From a virus (lineage: Duplodnaviria > Caudoviricetes): a DNA stretch of 25,696 nucleotides. A program made the position numbers and the translations under genes. The notes under the pieces are model-generated. The model saw nothing but the letters and a program-made list of their open reading frames with translations, was not told the origin of the DNA and made no database searches. This document shows positions 7,557 through 16,200 of the stretch, piece by piece; the stretch's first letter is position 1, and every line of letters begins with the position of its first letter. The stretch covers positions 1-25,696 of the IMG/VR virus record IMGVR_UViG_3300033232_000013; one strand, given 5' to 3'.

Positions 7557-7595
7557 AATTTAGCTTGCTGGAAAAAGACTCTACAAAAGGACGGT

Positions 7596-9809
7596 ATGAA
7601 CATTATTCTTTTCGCAACAGATTTCGACACACCCTACATACCAAGGCTTCAACCTATGCTTGCAGCTAACAGCTGTAAACTGGTGCGGCAGCCGATGGAA
7701 TTTCTAGGTGCAATAGCTGCGCGGGTTAAGCAGGCAGACGCAGATGCAATAATTTGTACCTGCCCAATTACGCTTGTTACGCTGCTATCTACGCAGCCAG
7801 ATTTCCGCCACCCGCTAGATAAGCGCGGCAGCAAGCGTAAGCTGGCATTAGATGACTATGCTGGCAGCTTCTTCACAATCTCTGCCCACCAACTTAACCA
7901 CACGAAAGATGTAAATGTCCTCATTCTCAACCCGCTTATACAGTTGGTATCTACGCCAGCAGGCCCGTTTATTTTCAAGCGGTTCGTCAGTAAGATCACA
8001 GCCCCAGATAAATGGTTTCCACAAAATCCATTCACATTTCAAATCTGGACAGCCAGAGACAGCGAAGCTCTCATTGCCAAGTTTAGCAGCGCATTACTTA
8101 TTAGTGTGGACATTGAAACGTATGTGGGAGATCCTGAGCGCCGTATCCACTGTGTTGGTTATTGCGGATTATGGCCTGATGGTAGTAGTCATTCTGTTGT
8201 TGTACCTTTTCATGATATGCTTGCTCATTCCTTTGTCAGACATATCAACAGCAATAGAGTTGCTAAGGTGATGCAGCGGGGTATCTACGATAATGTTTAC
8301 TTTGCACGCTGGAATGTACCGTGCAACAATTACATATACGATACCCTTAATTTATTTCACTGCTGGTATAGTGAACTGCCGAAGCGCCTAGACTTTATCA
8401 CGGCATTCACGGTGCGCAAGATTAGATTCTGGAAAGACGACAGTGCAGGTTCTGAGCACAATCTGTTCGAGTACAATGCGCGTGACTGTTGGGCTACTCT
8501 ACATGCTTGGATGGCATTGGTAACAGAGGTACCGCAGTGGGCAATAACTAATTACTTGCTGGAATTCCCTATGGTGTTCCCTAGCCTGCACTGTGCGTTG
8601 GATGGTATTGCTGTAGATAAGAAAGTATTTGACGAGCGTAAGCTAGCCGCAGAGGTTGCCCTTGAAGCACAGGCCAGAAAGCTAGCCGCGTGGTTTGGCC
8701 CGGCCTTCAATCCAAGCAGCCCGGTACAGTGTAAAAACCTATTGCGTGTGCTTGGCATGAAACAAGTTGAGAGCGCAGACGCCAAGTCAATGACCGCGTG
8801 CGCGGCAGTACACCCCTTCAACGAACTAATTATTACTGCTGTCACAGGTTACCGTAAACAGGCCAAATTGCTGAGCACTTACTTTAAGTGGGACAAGTTC
8901 TGGAATGGGCGCCTGTACTATAGCTTGGATCCAGCCGGAACTGACACTGGCAGGCTGGCCAGCTCTGAAAGTAGTTTCTGGACTGGCTTACAGATTCAGA
9001 ATATACCTGCGGGTACTGCTATTAAAAGTTGGTTAGTACCAGACCCGGGATGGCTAATTGCAGAGAACGACTACAGCCAGTCTGAGGCGCGCTGTGTAGG
9101 TTACATGTCTGGCTGTGAGTCACTAATAAGACTTTTAGAATCTGATAAAGATTACCATAAAGCAAACGCTAGTGCATTCTTTGGCGTACCCTATGAAAAA
9201 GTAGATAAACCGTTGCGTCAACTTGCAAAGAGAGTTGGGCACGGAGCTAACTATTCTATGGGGCCTGCAGTGCTTCTAGAAACCATGGGGCCTAAATCCG
9301 TGGCCGAAGCAAGAATACTTTTAAAGCTTCCTGCTAAGTGGTCGCTCGTGCAGGTATGCCAGCACTTACTCAGTACCTACGAGATAGCGTACCCTGAAGT
9401 TAAGAAAGATTGGTATCACGAGATTAAGCGTGAAATATCTATAACTAAAAAGCTAAAATCTCCTATGGGCTGGACACGGTACTTTTTCAACGACCCGGTA
9501 AAGAGCAAGCCAGCCATGAACGCAGCCGTAGCCCACGGGCCGCAGAATTTATCTGTGTTTATTATCAACAACGTATTCTACCGACTATGGTCTGATAGTG
9601 TGTACGGTGATTTACGCGGTACACTACGAATAAAAGCACAGATTCATGATAGCATCTTATATACGTACCGTGGTGACGACGTACCTAGTATTATAAGCAA
9701 GCGTATGCAGCATAGTGTTAAAGTTAAAGACTGTCATGGCACTGTGCGCAATATGCTAATTCCTAACGACTGTAACTCTGGAGTATCCTCATGGGGAGCC
9801 CTAAAATAG
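7596..9809 (+). CDS. polA: Family A DNA polymerase with 3'-5' exonuclease and N-terminal extra domain
   Basis: ExoI VDIET, ExoII-like GIYD, ExoIII YNARD, TGRLASS, QNIP, motif A DYSQSEAR, motif B RQLAKRVGHGANY, motif C QIHDS. Confidence 0.95.
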   Translation: MNIILFATDFDTPYIPRLQPMLAANSCKLVRQPMEFLGAIAARVKQADADAIICTCPITLVTLLSTQPDFRHPLDKRGSKRKLALDDYAGSFFTISAHQLNHTKDVNVLILNPLIQLVSTPAGPFIFKRFVSKITAPDKWFPQNPFTFQIWTARDSEALIAKFSSALLISVDIETYVGDPERRIHCVGYCGLWPDGSSHSVVVPFHDMLAHSFVRHINSNRVAKVMQRGIYDNVYFARWNVPCNNYIYDTLNLFHCWYSELPKRLDFITAFTVRKIRFWKDDSAGSEHNLFEYNARDCWATLHAWMALVTEVPQWAITNYLLEFPMVFPSLHCALDGIAVDKKVFDERKLAAEVALEAQARKLAAWFGPAFNPSSPVQCKNLLRVLGMKQVESADAKSMTACAAVHPFNELIITAVTGYRKQAKLLSTYFKWDKFWNGRLYYSLDPAGTDTGRLASSESSFWTGLQIQNIPAGTAIKSWLVPDPGWLIAENDYSQSEARCVGYMSGCESLIRLLESDKDYHKANASAFFGVPYEKVDKPLRQLAKRVGHGANYSMGPAVLLETMGPKSVAEARILLKLPAKWSLVQVCQHLLSTYEIAYPEVKKDWYHEIKREISITKKLKSPMGWTRYFFNDPVKSKPAMNAAVAHGPQNLSVFIINNVFYRLWSDSVYGDLRGTLRIKAQIHDSILYTYRGDDVPSIISKRMQHSVKVKDCHGTVRNMLIPNDCNSGVSSWGALK

Positions 9810-9866
9810 ACAAGACATTTTTCCCGATAGCTACTAGATACAAAGAGTAAATAACTAAAGCAACCA

Positions 9867-11129
9867 ATGGCTACAATTCATAACCAACTCATGGATAGCT
9901 ATCTATCCTACACCAGTGATACGGAAGCACCAATGATCTTTAACCGGTGGGCTATCATCAGTTGCATTGGTGCCGCGTTAGGTAGGCAGTACTATTTACC
10001 CTTTGGGGATAGCAACATATTCCCTAACATGTACACTATGCTGATTGGTGATCCCGGAACGCGTAAGAGTACTGCTATCAAAGGGGCAAAGAGAATACTG
10101 GCACAAGCAGGCTATGATAAGTTTGCAGCAGATAGGACATCTAAAGAGAAGTTCTTAATTGACTTAGAGGGCAAGACTGATGAAGATGGCAAGCTAGCTA
10201 CTGGCAATCTAGCTATGGAGGGATTGTTTGGGGAAGAAGCCGGTGGCGAAGCGTGCGAGACATTCATTGTTAGTGACGAGTTTAATGAATTCGTGGGCGC
10301 CGGAAACATAGAGTTCTTATCTATGCTAGGTAATCTCTGGGACTGGGACTCGCCGCAGACCGCATTTAAGCAGCGCCTGAAAACCACGCGCAGCGTATCT
10401 ATCTATCAGCCTACTATCTCTATCCTTTCTGGGAATACGCATGCAGGCTTTACCCAGGCATTCCCGCCAGAGGCTATTGGCCAAGGTTTCATGTCTAGAC
10501 TATTGCTTATTTATGGTGAAGCTAGCGGTAAGAAGATAGCATTCCCTACTAGGCCTAGTGACGAGTTGCGAAATAGAGTAGTGCAAAACATTACTGCCAT
10601 GCGTGAGACAGTTATAGGTGAAGCTACCATGACACCTCAGGCGCGTAGCATGCTGGAAGTTATCTATCGCACGTTCACAGACATGGGTGATAGCAGATTC
10701 AAGCACTATTCTACCCGGCGCTTCACCCACTTGCTCAAGCTATGCCTTGCGTGCACGGCTAGTAATCTCCGCAAGGAAATCGGCGCTGCTGACGTGCTGT
10801 ACGCAAACACAATCTTAACTTACACAGAACATAACATGCCAAAAGCAATGGGTGAGTATGGAAAAGCTAAACACACAGATGTGCTAGCAAAGATTATAGC
10901 TATTCTAACTGATGCAAAGGTTCCCATGCCGCAGAGCGACATATGGAAACAGGTACAGAGTGACCTAGATAGGCCAGACGACCTAATTAAACTTCTTGCT
11001 GGATTAGTGCAAGCGGATAAGATACAGTGGATAGATAGAAAAGGTTATTTAATTGTAAGAAAGGTGCTAAAGACAGATGCAATATACGTAGATTTTAGTT
11101 TGTTGAGAGAGTGTGGTAAACATTTTTAA
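9867..11129 (+). CDS. AAA+ helicase-like protein (DUF3987/MCM-like), probable replicative helicase
   Basis: Walker A LIGDPGTRKS, Walker B IVSDEF, arginine-finger-like GFMSRLL, and a winged-helix-like C-terminus. It directly follows the polymerase. Confidence 0.75.
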   Translation: MATIHNQLMDSYLSYTSDTEAPMIFNRWAIISCIGAALGRQYYLPFGDSNIFPNMYTMLIGDPGTRKSTAIKGAKRILAQAGYDKFAADRTSKEKFLIDLEGKTDEDGKLATGNLAMEGLFGEEAGGEACETFIVSDEFNEFVGAGNIEFLSMLGNLWDWDSPQTAFKQRLKTTRSVSIYQPTISILSGNTHAGFTQAFPPEAIGQGFMSRLLLIYGEASGKKIAFPTRPSDELRNRVVQNITAMRETVIGEATMTPQARSMLEVIYRTFTDMGDSRFKHYSTRRFTHLLKLCLACTASNLRKEIGAADVLYANTILTYTEHNMPKAMGEYGKAKHTDVLAKIIAILTDAKVPMPQSDIWKQVQSDLDRPDDLIKLLAGLVQADKIQWIDRKGYLIVRKVLKTDAIYVDFSLLRECGKHF

Positions 11130-11141
11130 AGGAGTATTGAC

Positions 11142-11306
11142 ATGGGTGAGATAGATAGCAAGTTAAAGCTAACACTGGAGGAACTGCTTAATCGTAGCGT
11201 TCCGTATGATACAATCTACATGCGTACTTGGATAATTAATGCCAAGGAAGCAATTGAGCAAGTATTAGATATGTTGACATTGAACTCCAGCGAGGAATCA
11301 AAATGA
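11142..11306 (+). CDS. Small hypothetical protein (54 aa), absent from the ORF track
   Basis: AAGGAG SD at 11129-11134. Translates MGEIDSKLKLTLEELL...SSEESK. Its TGA overlaps the next ATG (ATGA 11303-11306). Confidence 0.75.
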   Translation: MGEIDSKLKLTLEELLNRSVPYDTIYMRTWIINAKEAIEQVLDMLTLNSSEESK

Positions 11307-11584
11307 CTAATACAGGCTTATTCATTGACATGATCAGAGAACATCCAGGACTGGAAGAAGAACTCGCGGTGGGCCATAAAATAACACCCCAATACAAGCT
11401 AACTAACGACGGTGCTGCTGCCGTGGCGCCGAGCGTGAAATGGCGAGAGATAGATGCAAATACACCAGTGGGAGCCAAGATGCTTCTTATCAGTAAGCCA
11501 AATGGCATCGCTACTGTAAGCATTCGTAGAGTTCAAGATGGTTGGACGCACTGGTATCCAATCCCAACATTTGACGGGGACTAA
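11303..11584 (+). CDS. Hypothetical protein with DUF551-like C-terminal domain
   Basis: GAGG SD. WREID...P...WTHWYPIP pattern typical of small phage DUF551-like domains. Confidence 0.7.
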   Translation: MTNTGLFIDMIREHPGLEEELAVGHKITPQYKLTNDGAAAVAPSVKWREIDANTPVGAKMLLISKPNGIATVSIRRVQDGWTHWYPIPTFDGD

Positions 11585-11591
11585 CATCACG

Positions 11592-11891
11592 ATGAAAAAG
11601 TCTAATCATCCAGCTATACGCGCGTATCTACGCAGCAAGCCAGATGGTGCCACTGTACAGCAAATAACAACTGATCTTAATCTGTTAAATGCAAACACTG
11701 CGCGTAAGGCCTTAGCTGTGATGCCGGATGTTTATATAGATAGGTGGATAGATCCACACAGAGGACAGTATCAGTCAGTGTACTGTGCAGTTATGACACC
11801 GGCCAATTGCCCACATCCTAAAGATAGGCATGTACAGGCGCAGCAGAAAGTGCAGACAGTTTGGCAACATGTACCTGCTAATAACAACTAA
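11592..11891 (+). CDS. Putative helix-turn-helix DNA-binding protein (~99 aa)
   Basis: IRAYLRSKPDGATVQQITTDL...ANTARKAL resembles a winged HTH. GGGGA at 11576-11580 supports ATG 11592. Confidence 0.6.
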   Translation: MKKSNHPAIRAYLRSKPDGATVQQITTDLNLLNANTARKALAVMPDVYIDRWIDPHRGQYQSVYCAVMTPANCPHPKDRHVQAQQKVQTVWQHVPANNN

Positions 11892-11900
11892 TCTTATACT

Positions 11901-11945
11901 AATAAAAAAGCCCCAAGGATGACGAGTCCAAGGGGCTTTTATTTT
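11901..11945. terminator. Bidirectional rho-independent terminator between the convergent blocks
   Basis: AAAAAAGCCCC-aa-GGA-loop-TCC-aa-GGGGCTTTTATTTT, with an A-tract on the left and a T-tract on the right, between converging stop codons. Confidence 0.9.
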
Positions 11946-11966
11946 GTGTAGCTAAAACTATCTAGG

Positions 11967-13241
11967 CTAAATGAGTTCTGCCCACTCAATAACTACGTCA
12001 CAGTTTGCTGTACTGGCTGTGCAGCTTACCACAATGTAGTCACCTCTAACTAGCACAAAGGGTGCAGTAGCTAGCAGCGGATTATCTTGCACCTTTGTAA
12101 TGCCCGCTTGTACTGGAATACTTAGCAGGGGCCGCATGAGTGCCGTGTTTATACTAGTAGCTTTCACGGCGCCCGGCGCACTGTCTGCTGAGTCACTCTC
12201 TACAAAACTACCATGGTTCACACCAGCAAACGTAGCTCCTATAATAGATTCTGGACTGCGGGTAGTCCATACTTTAAACACTGCTTTCTTGTCACAGGTC
12301 ACAGAGATCCTACCCAGTTCTAGGTCACGGGTATTTATACGACCATTTATATGTGGTGGAATCTTGATAATAATGATTGGCACATTGGTACCATTAACCA
12401 AGGTATTCTCGGTATAGGCAGATGCATACTGGCCAACATCTTTATATCCATTCTCACTGGATACATCGACACAGCCTACACTAAGACTGACATCCTCAGT
12501 TATGCGCTCTGCATGGTAGTGAATAGGTAGTGCCGGATTCTCCATACTAAGAGCTGTCAGCTTACCTAGGCAATCCATTTTATGTACTGGGTACAGGGTA
12601 CCACTATCTGGATCACCAATGAAGAACATGTAGTTACCGGCGCCGCGCCACTGGAATTGGATGTCGTAAATGTTATTCTTTTCTACGTCGAAGTTATTAA
12701 GTGCGCTGGTGTCAATAACTTCCTCATAGATTTCAACACCGCCACTGCGACGCACAGCGTAAAGTAGCCCATCACTCTTTAGCCTGAAAAATACACCATT
12801 GTCAACTGTAGCCAGTCCCCATGACCTTACTCCATCAGCTAATTTATTTGGCGCCCAGATGGATGTGGAAAACAGGTGCCCTCTGTTAGGTTGGTACCTG
12901 GGACACTGCCTACTTTCCAGCATAGCAATTGGAATAGCTACGCTGGTTTGCAGATTTGCAGCACCTTTAACTGACGTAACTGCTGTGCTGCTATACACTT
13001 GAGTATCATTCTCAAATATAAACCACATGTTATTAGGTATGTCAAATGTCCACATACCATGAAACAAGCTGTGTACAATAGAAACCTTGCCGATGCCCCA
13101 GGCATCATGGCCCATGCCACCGGCGCTCATTCCAGTTTGGTGCATTAGGCCATCATCACCTAGATAGTAGGGGCCAGAGTTGTCAGCTTCTTTCCAGAAC
13201 CAGCCCCACTGATTACATTTATAGCCTGCAGTAATGCTCAT
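11967..13241 (-). CDS. Beta-rich putative virion protein (lectin/jelly-roll-like; possible receptor-binding or decoration protein)
   Basis: Last gene of the late block, with an ATGA overlap and GGAG SD. RYQPNRG, GVFFRL and IYDIQFQWRGAG resemble a recurrent phage structural family. Confidence 0.6.
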   Translation of the reverse strand: MSITAGYKCNQWGWFWKEADNSGPYYLGDDGLMHQTGMSAGGMGHDAWGIGKVSIVHSLFHGMWTFDIPNNMWFIFENDTQVYSSTAVTSVKGAANLQTSVAIPIAMLESRQCPRYQPNRGHLFSTSIWAPNKLADGVRSWGLATVDNGVFFRLKSDGLLYAVRRSGGVEIYEEVIDTSALNNFDVEKNNIYDIQFQWRGAGNYMFFIGDPDSGTLYPVHKMDCLGKLTALSMENPALPIHYHAERITEDVSLSVGCVDVSSENGYKDVGQYASAYTENTLVNGTNVPIIIIKIPPHINGRINTRDLELGRISVTCDKKAVFKVWTTRSPESIIGATFAGVNHGSFVESDSADSAPGAVKATSINTALMRPLLSIPVQAGITKVQDNPLLATAPFVLVRGDYIVVSCTASTANCDVVIEWAELI

Positions 13242-16200
13242 TGCGTATCTCCTTGTGTAGCTGGTGGCGTAGTAAAGTCAGGCGCCACGTAGCCACCCAT
13301 AATCTCCTGCATCCTGCGACTAGAGTTCTTGCCTAGTGTAGTTGCTGTTCTATTGATTACAGACGTGCTAGCATCTCGCTGCCACCGCTGCATGGCTGCA
13401 CTGAAGTTTTCTTGGCGCCCACCAGCTGCTGCGTACTTAGCCATGAAACTATTTAGCATATCTTCATCAGGTGCTTCATTGTTACGTAGCGCTGTCTTTA
13501 CAGTCCTACCAAGAGATTCAAGCCGCCGCTTATCAAGCGCATCGTATGCCTTGTTTCTATAGATATTGTTCAGCGCCACAGCTTCATCCATTGGCCGCGC
13601 CCCAGCAAGGCGGCTAACACCCTCGATGCTCAGGAAGCGGTCGCTTACAGCAGCGAACCTATTCGTAACTGCTAGATCATTGCTTGCACTAATCAGGGCG
13701 CCTGAGCCTGTGGTACTCCTACCAGCAAGTAGCTGTGCAAATCCGGCCAGTGGCCTGCTAATACCTTGATGCTCAAGTCCGTTCAATAGGCTATCTGTAA
13801 TATCTGCACCGCCCACAATGTTCTTGCCAGTCTCTGTGATAGCCTTTATTAACTTCAAGCTAGCTTGCACCGCAGGAACATCAGTAGGCACAATGGGAAT
13901 CACAGATAGGTGTCGTGGGTTGATATCGCCGCGGGAATAGAGTGCTGGAGATGTGCCAGTAAACAGCGGGAATGCACTGGCTGTTCCGTAGAGCATCCAA
14001 TCACCAAGCTCCTTATTAAAGGCTGGCAACACACTGTAGGCATCACCGTGGTATGTATTACCTGAAATCTGTGAGCCAATCAAGTGTGAGTTAACGGCGT
14101 CAAAGAATGGAAGTCCATTGAGGCCGAACACCGTAGATTGTAAGCCCGCAAATGTAGCTAGTGTCTTTGCGTCACGTCCTTGTATGTGGCGATGAAGTTG
14201 CTGAAGCACGTTGAATGCGTATGTCTGGAACAGCGACACAGCAGCGCCGGTAGTTCCCTGGAAGATAACAGGGCGCTGGCTGGTCACATAATTACCTTGC
14301 ACCCGGTTAACAAACACATTCATATACGCGTTCTGGTCTTTGACGCTTAGCTTTCCAGCTGCCACAATCGGATCAGTTAACTGGCGCATTACATCGGCTG
14401 TAACGAAGCGAGTAAACTCCTCACTGAAGTTATTGCCTGTATAAGTAGCCATCTTTTCTACACTGGCATTAACCTTGTCTGTCCACTTAACCGGGTTGAG
14501 TACAGAGTTAAATGCTAAGTCGTCTAGAATGTCATGGTACGTAGATAGGACAGTCTTGATAGCACCAATGTCTTTGTAGCGTGTAAGCAGCTGTGTCTTT
14601 TCCGCCCCGAAGAAATTGTTTACTGCGTTGCCAAGCAGCTTAGTCGTGCTTGGTACTCGCACCGATTGCCCCGGCACCGCCAGCGTGCGCAACTCATTCA
14701 GCGCCCCGGCCAGCTTGCTATCATTGGCAACAAGGCTTCTGATACTTTGCATCTCAGTGCCAACCATTACAGCAGTAGAGATTGTATTAATGATGCTGTT
14801 AGCAAAATCAAGACGCAGCACAAAGTTAGCAAGCAGCATGTTAGCTTTTTGGAAGCTCTCACGAATTACATTGCGAGGGAATGACTTGTTAGCCTCAATG
14901 TAACTATTAACTAGCGGATTGTTAGTGCCCGTACCATATGGCATACCTAAGCCAGCATTCTTGCTAACCTGATCTGCATAGGCCCAAGGCGTCATTTCCT
15001 TACCAGTAATAGGATCAACGACGTTCTTTTTGAGCACCGCCATTTCATGCGCTAGGTCAAACTGTTTGCCAAAAGACACGCCAACCTTATCAATAAACTC
15101 ATTCAAGCTATCAAGCAGTGGGAACTCTTGCTGCTTAGACACATTCAATGCAGTCTTAATATAGTCTCCAAAGGGATCAGCCACCTTCTTCTTGAGCATC
15201 GTTGTGAAGCCAGTAGCAGTAGACTCAGATACGCGGCGATAGTTGTCAGATAGGAACTGTAACTCACCAAAGAACTGACGATCCTTAACCTGTACAGCCG
15301 TGCGGATCAGGCGGTCAGTCTGTTTGCTGTGAAACTCTAAATAGTCAGTCAGTACGCCCTGTGCAGTAGTCTCTGGGAACATGTCTGCCAACCTACCTGT
15401 GCGAGCAAGGTCACTATTAATTGTACTCTCATGCACCGTTAGCTGGTAGTCATAGTCACCCTTAGCTTTGTGGTAAAGCTCTGAGTCCTTTTTAAAGTGG
15501 ACGTCATACTTGGCACTGTCAATTTCTTCAATCAACTTACGCAGACTGGCTTCATCCTTAGCCGTAATCATGGTAACGTCGCTCGCGATGCCAATCTGCT
15601 TCTTGGTAGTTACAAAAGCATGGTACGGATACTTGACTGTGTTGACTGGAGGGACAAAGATAACATTAGTATTTACGCCAGTAGTAGCTAGGCCAGAGGC
15701 ATTGTGTAGCGTAGTAAACTTCTCTTGCCGGGCGCCATTGATCTGGGCGTGGATTTTCCAGAAGTCCATTACCTCTGCGTTTTCCACGTCAAGGATGTGT
15801 CCTACCTTGCCATCCTGTGCAAGTAGTTCAACAGCCTCATCAATTGTGATTGACTCTTTCTCTGCCAATCTAGCTACATCCACAGACACTACGCGCTGAG
15901 TACCATCTGGATCAAGCTGATAGCGATATTTAGATTTCCGCAGCGCATTGGTGAGCACGCCAAGCTCAACCGCGGCAGCTTTGTTTCCCTTGATACCATT
16001 GATAGCTGGAGACATTGCTAGCACCTCAGCATCATTTATAGCCTGAGTAGTGATGGCTACTTGCTTACCTGTCTCCTGCGCATACAGGCCGCTTGTATCG
16101 CCATAGTTAGCATTAGACGCTCCAGCAAGCTGCGCACCTGCACCCTCTTGTGTGGTAGTAGCGCTGAGATTCTTGGGCGCATCTGGGAAATTCTTTGCAT

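Noticed and set aside
7596-9809. Polymerase as DpoZ of a 2-aminoadenine (Z) genome
   Set aside because: No purZ, datZ or mazZ-like gene is in the window, and I cannot verify DpoZ-specific residues by eye.
6860-11330. Other TTGACA hexamers (6860, 6866, 7042, 7411, 11137, 11274, 11325)
   Set aside because: None has a credible -10 element at 16-18 nt spacing.
11917-11940. TGACGAGTCC resembling a hammerhead ribozyme core
   Set aside because: It lacks the leading C of CUGANGA and the downstream GAAA. The bidirectional terminator explains the sequence.
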